This document shows, piece after piece, positions 1 through 10,615 of a DNA stretch of 64,000 nt. The notes under the pieces were generated by a model. The model was not told the DNA's origin and did no database searches. It saw only the letters and a list, made by a program, of their open reading frames with translations. The DNA lies in the NCBI GenBank assembly GCA_965223265.1, contig OZ244999.1, positions 1,952,001 through 2,016,000 of the forward strand, in the 5' to 3' direction. The position numbers and the translations under genes were made by a program. How positions within the stretch are numbered: the stretch's first letter is position 1; every line of letters begins with the position of its first letter. Source of the stretch: Planctomycetota bacterium. GTDB taxonomy: Bacteria; Planctomycetota; UBA8108; SXIK01.

Positions 1-2510
1 TCGGCGGTGTCGTCACTGCGCAGCCACAGGTGCCTCTGAGTCATCTGTCGATCCGAACCGCGCGACGTGGGGCGCCGAATGCCTTCGTTGCCGACGCCTT
101 GTCCGAGTTCGCGCCGCATGCCGGACAGCTGGTGAGGTTGGAAGTGCGTTCCGATGACTATGACGTACGACCGGCGACGCTCGAAGAGGCCGAGACGTTT
201 TGGCGCGAGAGTCGCCCGAGTCTCTCCGCGCCGCCGCAGCTCGATTTCGAGTTCGCTGCCCTGCCGGCGTTTGAAGAGATCTCTATGCTCGAGATGGGGG
301 CGCCCGGTGTCGCACGCTTTGGCGGCAAGGCGACCAACCTCGCGCGCCTCCAGGAGATCTTGGACGGACCATGGAGTCAGTACCGGGAGAAGGGATTCGC
401 GGTGCCGATTCGTTACTACTTCGACTTTCTGCGGTCGAACCGAATGTCGTCCGCACTCGATGCGGCGCGGCAGGTGACCTACGAGGAGTACCTCAGCGAG
501 CTCTTTGCCAGTGCCGCCTTCCAAAGCGATTCGGAGTTTCGATTCCAAACTCTCGACGCGCTGCGCGATCAGATGCGTGACGAGGGGCAAGTCGATCCCG
601 CGCTGATCGAAGCCATTGGTGCTCGCGTTGGCGAAATCTTCGGTACGCCCTCGACGACGCGCGTGCGATTTCGCTCTTCGTCAAACGTCGAGGACGACAT
701 CCAGTTCAACGGTGCGGGGCTCTACGATTCAACCTCCGGCTGCCCTCAAGACGATTTTGACGCCGATACTGTTGGACCCTCGCACTGCGATCCGACGCGC
801 GAGAACGAGCGAGGGATCTCGCGCGCGCTGAAGCGTGTCTGGTCGAGCTTGTGGAACTTTCGCGCCTACGAAGAGCGCGAGTTCTTTCAGGTGCCGCACG
901 ATTTGACAGCTATGGGGGTGCTCGTCAATCGGACGTTCATCGACGAAGCCGCGCAGGGCGTTGCATTCACTGGGAATCCGTCAAACGTGCGCGACCGGCG
1001 TTACACTATCACCGTTCAGCTGGGAGAGGAGAGCGTCGTCAGTCCTGAACCGGGAGTTCTCGCCGAGCGCAACCTTCTCGAGGTCGTCGACGGCGAAGTC
1101 GTCGGAATCACTCGGGCGACGCGCTCAACGCTGACTGCTCCAGGAGAGTTCGTACTCAGTGAGGAACAGCTGCGTGAGCTTGGCGCGCTTATGGCACACA
1201 TCGACGCGAACTTTCCGCTAGAAACGGGCGAGTTCGACCGTGAGCAGGTCCTCCTCGACATGGAGTTCAAGTTCATGCGCGACGGTGAGCTGGCAGTGAA
1301 ACAAGTGCGACCGTTTCTGCTCACGGAGGCGCCGCCTCCGGCGCCAACGTTCGAGCTTGAAATCCCCGCAGCTCAAGAGATGTGCGGGGTCTTCGCGCTC
1401 TCGGGCGCTGCTCGGGGGCCGCGCGAGGAGTATGAGCTGAAGGCACGTGTCGAACTTCGAAGCGGCGTGCATGAGCTCCCGACACTGACGGAGACGTTCA
1501 CGCTCGATCTCATCGAGACGGTATGGTTTGGTCCAGACAAGGAGTTGGCCGTACCGGTTGGCAGCGGCCACGTGGGCGTTAGCTCCTTTTCAGGGGCGAG
1601 CGGGGAGACCAATTATCGTTTCACTTATTTCCAGGCGTTCGTGCTAACCGACGAGAGGATCTTGGAGATCGAATTCGGCCAGCCGCTTTCGTTCCAAGCC
1701 GAGGGCGACCAGCCGATTGAGCGTCGGAGACGGCTCGGCGAGGAGTTTTTCACGGTTCGCTCCGGCTTCGAGCCGTTCCATGCGTCGCTGGGGGGTGTTG
1801 CTTCGGTCCGATTCGGATCTTGTAGCCATGAGCTCTTGCCGCTTTTCGCCATCGATGCAGAGCTCGAGGACGGGACCAGTCTGCACTTTGAGGAGCGTTT
1901 CGAGGCGGCGGTCAGTCTCTTTGACACGGGTCCCGCTAGTTTGGTCCGCGCCGAGGTCACGGCGGGTGCGGAGCGTCGTATCGTGCGGGAGTATGAGCGT
2001 CTCGTCTACTCCGCGTTTCGGCACAACACGTTCGTTGTCTACTGGGCCGTTCTCGACCCACCCCTCACGATCGATGGCGTCACTCGTCCGGTCCGCGCCA
2101 TCGAGTTTGCTTTGCCGGAACCGACTCAGCAGTCGCCGGCACGAGCTGCGTATCTCGACGAGGACTTTGCCGTCATCACATCGCCGAGTGTCAGGTCTCT
2201 GTCGCTCCGCACCGCGGTTGACGAACGCCTGCGACCGTTTCGTCGTGGCGACGTCAACGACGACGCGACCCTCGACGTCGCAGATGCGCTCTCTCTTCTC
2301 AACTATATCTTCCGCCGCGGTGGGGAACCGAGTTGCGTGCTCGCGGCCGACGTCGACGACGATGACCGCATCGTCGTATCCGACGCGGTCGGGATTTTGC
2401 GGCATCTCTTTGTGGGCAGTGGTCCGTTGCCCGCGCCGTTCGCGAGCTGCGGCGTTGACCCGAGCCCGGGCCGGCTGACTTGTGGAGATGCGGCGGCGTG
2501 TGATGGTTGA
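1..2510 (+). CDS. PEP/pyruvate-binding (PPDK_N, ATP-grasp) domain protein with C-terminal dockerin-like domain; 5' end lies upstream of the window
   Basis: Frame is open to the window edge (GGVVTAQPQVPLSHL). PEP-synthase N-domain motifs FGGKATNL, RFRSSSNVED..FNGAGLYDS, VWSSLWN.RA, GVAFT, DMEFK, KQVRP. C-terminus FRRGDVNDD...AADVDDD...CGVDP. Confidence 0.85.
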   Translation, partial: GGVVTAQPQVPLSHLSIRTARRGAPNAFVADALSEFAPHAGQLVRLEVRSDDYDVRPATLEEAETFWRESRPSLSAPPQLDFEFAALPAFEEISMLEMGAPGVARFGGKATNLARLQEILDGPWSQYREKGFAVPIRYYFDFLRSNRMSSALDAARQVTYEEYLSELFASAAFQSDSEFRFQTLDALRDQMRDEGQVDPALIEAIGARVGEIFGTPSTTRVRFRSSSNVEDDIQFNGAGLYDSTSGCPQDDFDADTVGPSHCDPTRENERGISRALKRVWSSLWNFRAYEEREFFQVPHDLTAMGVLVNRTFIDEAAQGVAFTGNPSNVRDRRYTITVQLGEESVVSPEPGVLAERNLLEVVDGEVVGITRATRSTLTAPGEFVLSEEQLRELGALMAHIDANFPLETGEFDREQVLLDMEFKFMRDGELAVKQVRPFLLTEAPPPAPTFELEIPAAQEMCGVFALSGAARGPREEYELKARVELRSGVHELPTLTETFTLDLIETVWFGPDKELAVPVGSGHVGVSSFSGASGETNYRFTYFQAFVLTDERILEIEFGQPLSFQAEGDQPIERRRRLGEEFFTVRSGFEPFHASLGGVASVRFGSCSHELLPLFAIDAELEDGTSLHFEERFEAAVSLFDTGPASLVRAEVTAGAERRIVREYERLVYSAFRHNTFVVYWAVLDPPLTIDGVTRPVRAIEFALPEPTQQSPARAAYLDEDFAVITSPSVRSLSLRTAVDERLRPFRRGDVNDDATLDVADALSLLNYIFRRGGEPSCVLAADVDDDDRIVVSDAVGILRHLFVGSGPLPAPFASCGVDPSPGRLTCGDAAACDG

Positions 2511-2901
2511 GGGGAGCACGCCGTGCCGTCATTGTTTGGATTTCGGAACGTGATGCACGCTGGCGCGAGCGACCCCATCCGAGGCACCAGGCGGGCACGT
2601 CGGCCGAGACGGGCTGCTAAGCTAAGATCTGTCACAGCTCGTGCACGCTGTCGACGGAGGCACCTGGCTTCCCAGGTGATCATTTTGTTCCTTTTTTGAG
2701 GTCTGGAGGTTTTCCTTCGTTCTATCTGGGTTTGGGACCTGTCGCACAGAGTCCTCTGGCACCGGCGCCGTCGCCTGAGTCGAGGCGGCTCAGTCGCCGG
2801 GTTCCCGAGAGCGGGTGCGTTTCTTGCGCGGCCGTCAAAGAGAGCAGACAATACAGTCGAAACTGCGTGGTCGAGACCTTACCTGGAAGGAGATGTGAGC
2901 G

Positions 2902-4155
2902 ATGAGAAAGTTCCTCGCGTGCGTCGTCGCGAGCGTGCTGGTTGGGGCGACCGCGATGTTGGGCGTCTTGGCCCAGACGAGCGACCCCCTCCTCGATATC
3001 CCCAACGCCGACATCGACGGCGCCTTTCTTGCCGCCGGGAGTACGGTGATTCACTTGGAGAATGCAGACTCGCGCGCGGGGGTGACGTGGGACGGCGTCC
3101 CCGAGACTCTGGGTGACGGTGTTTACGACGCCGAGGAATTCGCAGTCGTCTTCAAGTACAGCTCCGTCGATATCCCCGCTGGAACCTCCGTAGCGTTCAC
3201 GAATCATCCGACGCGAGCTCCGGTCGTCTGGCTGGTCTCAGGAGACGTGACGATCGATGGCACGCTGGATCTGAGCGGTGCTTCACACGACGCGGGCACC
3301 CTGTTCGCTGTTCCCGGGCCGGGTGGCTTTCGCGGTGGCTCGTCCGGGAGTCGAGGTAGCGCTGGCTTCGGGCCAGGCGGTAGTTTGTCGTTCTCCGGCG
3401 ACGACGAGAATCTCGTCAAGAGCGGTGGCAGTTACGCCACGCCCGGAGGTGGCGACGACGCCGGACCGACGTACGGCAATGCGGAACTCATTCCGCTCCT
3501 TGGAGGCTCCGGTGGCGCGGGATTCCGCTCCGGCGGTACTCTCGGCGGCGCTGGTGGCGGCGCGATTCTTATCATCGCCGAGAACATCATCGTGAACGGA
3601 ACGATCGTCGCTGACGGCGGCGATCACGGTCAGACCAGTAGCGGCGGCAGCGGTGGTGCGATTCGCCTCGTCGCCAGAAACGTTGGCGGCACGGGCATGC
3701 TGCTGGCGCGGGGTGGGGGAATCAGTCCGCCCGGGCAGCGAGGTGGCGACGGCCGGATTCGTATCGAGTCGGAGTCCGCCATCGATGCCTCGCTCGAAGC
3801 CGCTCCAGCCGCATCGACAGGCACCCCGAGCGACCCCGTCACGATCTTCCCCGGCCCTACGGAGCCGACCGTACGCATCGTCTCGATCGGAGGCGTCGCC
3901 GCTCCGAGCGACCCACAGGCGAACCTGTCGCATAGCGCTGACGTCGAGCTCTCCACTTCCGACCCAGTCGACATTGTGATCGATACCGGCGTCGAGGTCG
4001 ATCCGGCGACGATTGTCGAGGTGCGGATCACGCCCCGCGAGGGAGCTGTGCTCACGGCGCTGGCGAGCCACACGATCGGCACGACTTGGACCGCTTCCGG
4101 TGTCGTTTTGCCGCAGACGGTTTCGGCGCTACAGGTCTTGGTCGACACGCCTTGA
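2902..4155 (+). CDS. Secreted glycine-rich hypothetical protein
   Basis: GGAG upstream of ATG, signal peptide (MRKFLACVVASVLVGATAMLGVLAQ), repeated GGSGG/GGAGGGAI/GGSGGAIRL motifs. Confidence 0.8.
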   Translation: MRKFLACVVASVLVGATAMLGVLAQTSDPLLDIPNADIDGAFLAAGSTVIHLENADSRAGVTWDGVPETLGDGVYDAEEFAVVFKYSSVDIPAGTSVAFTNHPTRAPVVWLVSGDVTIDGTLDLSGASHDAGTLFAVPGPGGFRGGSSGSRGSAGFGPGGSLSFSGDDENLVKSGGSYATPGGGDDAGPTYGNAELIPLLGGSGGAGFRSGGTLGGAGGGAILIIAENIIVNGTIVADGGDHGQTSSGGSGGAIRLVARNVGGTGMLLARGGGISPPGQRGGDGRIRIESESAIDASLEAAPAASTGTPSDPVTIFPGPTEPTVRIVSIGGVAAPSDPQANLSHSADVELSTSDPVDIVIDTGVEVDPATIVEVRITPREGAVLTALASHTIGTTWTASGVVLPQTVSALQVLVDTP

Positions 4156-4176
4156 CGCGTGCGCTGGAGTCATGTG

Positions 4177-7100
4177 ATGGATCCCGCCCGCCGTCGTGTG
4201 TTGGTGTTCGCTCTGCTTGCTGCCTTTGCCTCCAGAGCAGACGCACAGATTTCGATCTCCACAGCCGATGTCGTCTCGCGAGAGGTGACGGTGTTCGTGC
4301 CGCCGCCGCGCCCTGCGTACGACCTTGCGTCGCGACCGATGGTTGTTGCTGCCGGTCCGACGATCGCTACCGAGCGGCGTTCCTTCGCCTCGCGCGAGCT
4401 CAGCGTCGACGTACCGCTCGGCGATCTCGTCATCTCCAGCGTCGACGTGCCGGCGTCGGGGGTCGCTGGGAAGTCGTTTGAATTCCGCTGGCGGGTGGAA
4501 AACGCCGGGGGCGGAGCGCTGGACGGGCCGTGGGTCGACCGCATCACGATCACTCCGGAAACTCCGCCGGGCCCGGAGACCGTCCTCGCCGACATCGAAC
4601 ATCCGTTCCTTGCTTCGGCAGGCGGGCCCTGTGATGAAGACGAAGAGCCTTGCGGCGTCTACGAGAAGATCGAATCGTTGACGTTGCCGGCGACACCCGG
4701 GACTTTTCGCATCCAGCTCGCGGCCGATGCTGACGGCGCTGTCGTCGAGGGTGATGAGACGAACAACGTTGTGGAGCGTACGATCCAGGTACGCCCAGCG
4801 TTTCTTGCCGACCTCGACGTGACACTGATCACGGCTCCGGGTGGTGGGGCGGACGTTTTCGCGGGCAGCATGGTGGCGGTGACCTACGAGGTGATGAATG
4901 CGGGAGACTGGCCGACAGAAGTTCCGTTCTGGCAGGACAGCTTTTTTCTCACCGCGGCCGATGACGCGCTCGCTCCTTTCCTCGCCGATGAACCCTTCTT
5001 TCTCGGACAGTTCGGCAACGCGACATTTCTGCCCGCAGGCGCGAGCTACCGGGAGACAGTGCTGGTGCAGTTGCCTGACGACATCGAAGGCACCTTCTTC
5101 GTCGCAGTCTACCCGGACAGCCGGCGGCTTGCGCCCGCAGCGTGGCGTCGTGGTGCAGACTTCGACATCCCCGAGAGCGATGAGGAGAACGTGGAGTTCA
5201 GTGCCCCGTTCGCGATTGCCGCACCGCCGCAGCCAGATCTCGTCGCCACCGAGGTCGACTTCTTCTCGCCGGCGTTTTCGGGGAACGAGTTCACGGTGAC
5301 GTGGACCGTCGAGAATCGCGGCGGTGCCGACACCGACTCGGGAATTTGGGTTGATGCCGTTTACCTATCGGACGACGACGATCCGATCATCCATTGCGAC
5401 GATTTGCTCCTCGGCACACAGCGACGTAGTGGCGCTGTACTCGCACCGGGTGCGAACGACGAGACGCGAAGCTACACGGCTCGCCTGCCCGATGATCTGC
5501 GCGGTCACTTTTTCGTCAAAGTGTTCACCGACGCGCCCGTGCCGCTCAATTGTGATCAAATCGGCGGATCGCCTGGAAGCATCACCGAGTTTCGCCTCGA
5601 GGGCAACAACGTCGGGGTCAGCAGTGACAAGGCCGCGTGTGTCGCGCTGTGCGATCTGGACCCGACGAGCCTCGAGTGCATGAGCTGCGGCCGCCTTGAG
5701 GTGCGGCTCAGCCCGGCTGTCGATCTCAAGCCGGTCAGCGCCCAAGTTGTCCCGGAGCGCGGTATCCCCGGGCACGTGCTCGAAGTCACCTGGACGGTGG
5801 AGAACATCAATGCACCTTTTCGTGCTGACGCGGCGTGGCAAGACGAGGTGTATCTCTCAAGCGATGATGTGTACGACCCAGGTCTCGACACGTTTTTGGG
5901 TCGCCGTACGGCTTGGTCTTCGCTGCTCGATAGCGACGAAGCGCCGCCACAGTACACACTCAGCCGGTCGGTCGTCCTGCCTCCAGCGACAGCGTCGGGG
6001 CCTTGGTGGATGGTCGTCGTCGTTGATGCAGGCGGTGCGGGCAGCGTCTTCGAGGGTTTTGACGAAGCGCCCGGAGACGAGACGCGCAAGGAGAATAACA
6101 ACGTCGCCAGTGTTTCGTTTGTCGTCGACCAAATGCCGACCGATCTTTCCGTTGAGGTCAATTGCGACACCTGCCCACAAGTGTCGCCATCGGGCGCGGC
6201 CTTTGACTCGATCACTCTCGCCTGGAGAGTCACCAACAGTGGCGTCCAAGAAACACCGGTGTCGCATTGGCGCGATCGCGTCTACCTCTCGAACGATAGC
6301 GTGCTCGAGGAGGACAGCGACCTCGTTCTGACCGAGTTTGTGCGCAGCGAGCCCATGCCTCTCGCGGCTGGATCCAGCTACACAGCGGAGGTGAACGCGT
6401 CTGTCCCCGCTCTGGCGCCAGGAAGCTATTTTTTGATCTTCGTGACCGACGCGCGGGGCGATGTGTTCGAGGCGGCGCCAGGCGAAGAGAACAACACGGT
6501 CGCGTTATCATTCGAGGTCGACGCGGCGGGTGTCGATCTTGTGGTCGATCAGCTCGACTTCAACGACAACGCATCTTCGGGGAAGCCCGTGCAGATCTCC
6601 TGGCGCGTCACGAACACAGGAACCGTGCGGTGACGGCGCCGTCGTTTCGCGATCGCGTCTATTTGTCTGCCGACGACCGCATCGAGGGCGGTGACTTCTT
6701 GCTCGGCTCTTGGATTCACGACGGCGCGCTCGCAGCCGGAGCCAGCGCCCCCGTTTCCGCATCCTTTCATCTGCCCCTAGGCCTCAGCGGTTGTTTTCAG
6801 GTGATCGTGCAGACGGACGCCGGAGACGACGTTTTCGAGACCGACGAGGCGAACAATGAACGGGCGGAAATGATGCTCCTCGAGGTGGAGCTCTCGCCGC
6901 TCTCGAACCTCGTCGTGACGAGTGTCAACGCCGACGCCCAGGCGACGTCGGGGCAAACTTTGACGGTCGCCTGGACAGTTCTCAATTCTGGCCCAGGACC
7001 GACAAACTCTTCCACCTGGCGCGACGTCGTCTACCTCTCTCGCGACGGTTTCCTTGATCGACAGCGCGACCTCGTGATCGGATTTCGCGATCGTGGTTGT

Positions 7101-10100
7101 CCGGATCCGGAGTGTGTCGGCGGTCAAGGGTTCCTCTTTGCCGGCGAGAGCTACAACGTCCAAGCCACATTCGACGTGCCGCTCGGCGCCAGTGGGCCAT
7201 ACTTCGCGTTCGTCGTCACGGACAGCTCGGATCGCATCCTGGAGCGCGACGAAGACGACAATCAGAAGCGCGACCTTGACGTCGTCGACATCGCCGTGCC
7301 GCCGCTTGCGAACCTCGTCGTCGCAGCGGTCAACCCTCCACCGACGGCGACGCTCGGGGAGGTGGCGCGCATCGAATGGCAGCTGCAAACAACGTCGACG
7401 GAAAGCGTTTCCGGGCGCTGGTCTGACTCTCTCTTTCTCTCGAGCGACGCCGTCTGGGATCTTGGGGACGCGTTCTTTGGTCGCTTCGAAGTCGATCCGC
7501 AGACGCTGCCCGAGGGCGCAATCTTTGCGGCAAGCGGCGAGGCAGCGATCCCGGCAGTGCTCCCGGGCGACTATCACGTGATCGCGCGGGCCGATGTCTT
7601 CAACCAGATTCCTGAAATCGACGAGAGCGACAACGAGACCGCGTCGGTGGGAACGCTCAGCATCGCGGCGCTTGGTTTTGACGTCGACGCCGCCAGCGGC
7701 GAGGGGAGCATCCAAAGCACGCTCGAGGCTGGCGGCGAGCGGTATTTCGAAATGCGCGTGCCGCCGGCTCTCGCTGGCCAAACGCTACGCGTACGCCTGG
7801 AACACGATAGCGACGCAGCGTGGACCGAGCTTTACGTGAGCTTCGCCAGTGTTCCCACGCCGGGGCGCTTCGACCTGCGCTTCGATCACCCCGCACAGCG
7901 GTTCCAGGAGGTCACGATTCCTGCGGTCGACGCGGGCTCCTACTTTGTTCTCGCGCGGGCGATCGAGTCTGGGGGGCAGCTGCTCCCGGACGGCGTCAAC
8001 ATCTCGGCGCAGGTCGTCCCGTTCGCCGTCGACACCGCGACGCCGATGCGATTCGGCGACCAGGGGCGCGTGACCGTCGAGGTGACAGGTAGCCAATTCG
8101 AAGATGGCGTGAGCGCGGCGTTGGTAGCTGTCGACGACGCTGAGCGACGTCTCCCCGCGCGCTGGACGCGAGTGGTCGACAGCACGAGACTTCATGCCAA
8201 GTTCGTTCTCGATCCCGTCAATGTGACGCGTGGCGCCTACCGCCTGACGGTGACCCATCCCAGTGGCGAAAGCGATGAGTTGGAGAACGTCACGATTGAG
8301 GCGGTCGTGCCGCCGTCTTTGGAAGTCCTCGTCGCCGATCCGCCGCCACTTCGTGAAGGCGCGGCTGGCAACGTCGACTGCGTTGTTACCAATGCCGGGA
8401 ACGTTGACGCCGAGTACGTCTTTCTGTTTCACGTTATGGAGGCCGTTGACGACCGAGACGTGCTCCGCGTCGTCGCCTCGTCGCCGTTCACCTCCAGCGT
8501 CGCGGAGGACGAGGTGCTTGTGCAGAGCGCCGTCATCCCATCCTTACCGCCGGGCAAAAGCGCTCGACTCACCTCGACCGTTCGTGTCGCTGTCGGCTCC
8601 ACCGACATCGCGCTGGGCCAAGGGGCCGCGGTCTTTTCTACCGTCGAGTTCTTAGAAACTCAGGCAGCGGCCGCCGCCGCGGCACGCGATGCAGTCCGCG
8701 AAGATGCGACGGTGGTTGACGAAACCGATCGTCAGCAGACGCTCGGCGAGGCGGAGAACACGGCGACGTGGCGCACCGCTTGGTTGACACAGCTTGAAGC
8801 TTCTGGGCTCGTCGACGCGGAAGATGCTTTGGCCTTCCTCGGCGGTGCTGACCTTGTTGTGGCGCCAAAGCCGCCGCAGCGTCGCCACTGTTTCCCGACT
8901 TCTACCGCAGAGCTCATGCCGCCGCTGTGCGATGAACTCGCCGGTCACCTCTGCGGTGCCTGGCTTGGACACTCGCTCACGCTTGGGGCTGAGGCGCGAG
9001 GTGTCTTCGCGCTTGAGCTTTTCGGCGTGCGCGTCGGTCCAAGTGACGTTGATCCAGCGATCGGCCTCACCTGCACTAGCACTGGGTCTCTCTGCGCTTC
9101 CTGCATCTCGTGGTCCGTGTTGCGATCGGTGGACCCGAACGAGAAGACGGGAACCGACGGCTTCGGCGACGATCGCTTCGTGCCGCTCGAGCGGCCGATC
9201 GCCTACCGCGTCTACTTTCAAAACCTTCCGGACGCCACAGGTCCGGCGTCAGCGGTCGAAATCCTTGACCCTCTCGACCCGTCGCTCAATCCAGGCTCGG
9301 TGCGGCTTGGCAGCATTTCCTTCGGTGATCAGGTCGTCGACGTCCCAGCGGACAGCTTGACGTTTCAAACCGAACTCGATCTCACCTTAGAGCGTGGTGT
9401 TTTTCTCGAGATCACCGCAGGCGTTGATGCGACCCGCGGCGAACTGCTTTGGCTTATGCGAAGCGTGGATCCGTCCACTGGGGAGGCGCCGACGGACGCA
9501 ACACTCGGCTTTTTGCCGCCGGACGACGCCTCCGGACAAGGATCCGGCTGGGTAGAGTACACGGCCTTGCCGCGGCCGGGTGTGATCGCACTCACGGTGG
9601 TCGAGAACAACGCACGGATCCGCTTCGACATCAATGCTCCTCTCGACACGGGAACGGTTCTCAACACGATTGACGCAGACGCACCGCAAAGTCACGTCGA
9701 GCCGCTCGCCGAGATTCAATCTCAGCCGACGTTTCCTCTGAGCTGGTCTGGTGCCGATGTCGACGGCGGATCCGGGCTCGCGGCCTTTACAATCTTCGTT
9801 GCGGTCGACGATGGTCCCTTCGCACCGCTCGTCAGCGACACCACCGCGTCGCAGCTTGTTTTCACGGGCGAGCCAGGGCGACGCTATAAGTTTTACAGTC
9901 GCGCTCGTGACAACGCGGGTAACGTCGAGGCGGCACCCGAAGTGGCAGAAGCGACAACAACGGTCTCCGCTCCGGACGCACGGTTCCGACGCGGCGACGC
10001 CAACAGCGACGCGAGCCTCGATATCTCGGATCCGATCTTCATCCTATTGTGGCTTTTCGTCAGTGGTGAAGAACCAACGTGCCTCGATGCGGCAGACGCC

Positions 10101-10265
10101 AACGACGATGGCAGTGTCGACATCGCCGATCCGATCTACTCGCTCAACTTTCAGTTCGTCAGCGGTGAAGCGATTCCACTGCCTGGCGAACTCACTTGCG
10201 GCCTCGATCCAACGCCTGACCCGTTCGTGGCCTGCGTCTATGCGGCCGGGCTGTGCGACCTCTGA
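4177..10265 (+). CDS. Large secreted CARDB(Ig-like)-repeat protein with C-terminal DPNEK-type module and dockerin-like tail; split by a 1-bp frameshift near 6625 (ORFs 4159-6633 and 6630-10265)
   Basis: Repeats of DL.V...W.V.N.G....W.D.VYLS.D...E..E.NN run through both ORFs and one repeat straddles the junction. SVDPNEKTG...YRVYFQN module; FRRGDANSD tail. Confidence 0.8.
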
Positions 10266-10336
10266 CGCCGACGAGATCGCTGTCGGGGTGGGAGTTCGGC
10301 CGTTCGCCTCGCTTGACTTTCTGGCCTTCTCATGGA

Positions 10337-10491
10337 AGGCAGAGACAGATACCGAGGCAGAGACAGAGTCAGAGACAGATACCGAGACGGAAGCGGAGTC
10401 AGAGGCAGATCCAGATGCAGAGTGCCGGCACCCCCACGTCCACGCCCACGCCCTCGCCCTCGCCCTCGCCTTCGCCCTCGCCCTCGCCCTC
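10337..10491. repeat. Period-6 low-complexity tracts (GAGRCA-like, then GCCCTC/GCCCAC)
   Basis: Directly visible between convergent genes. Confidence 0.85.
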
Positions 10492-10555
10492 GAAAACGCA
10501 AAACGACCCGGAAAACCTCACAACCTCGCCGCGTTCCACAGCCTGAGAAAAGGCT

Positions 10556-10587
10556 GGACGGCACACAGTGTGTCTGCCTGCTACTTT
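10556..10587 (-). repeat. Isolated GTAG-type REP-like palindrome (variant of the 32.5-kb array unit)
   Basis: Minus strand AAAGTAGCAGGCAGACACACTGTGTGCCGTCC versus array AAAGTAGCAGGCACACTCCGTGTGCCGTCC. Confidence 0.75.
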
Positions 10588-10615
10588 GGGTGCGCTGAAT
10601 GGGCCAAGCTCGAGG

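Noticed and set aside
6631-6633. Selenocysteine read-through of the CARDB TGA
   Set aside because: The continuation is in another frame and there is no Cys-type motif; a frameshift explains it.
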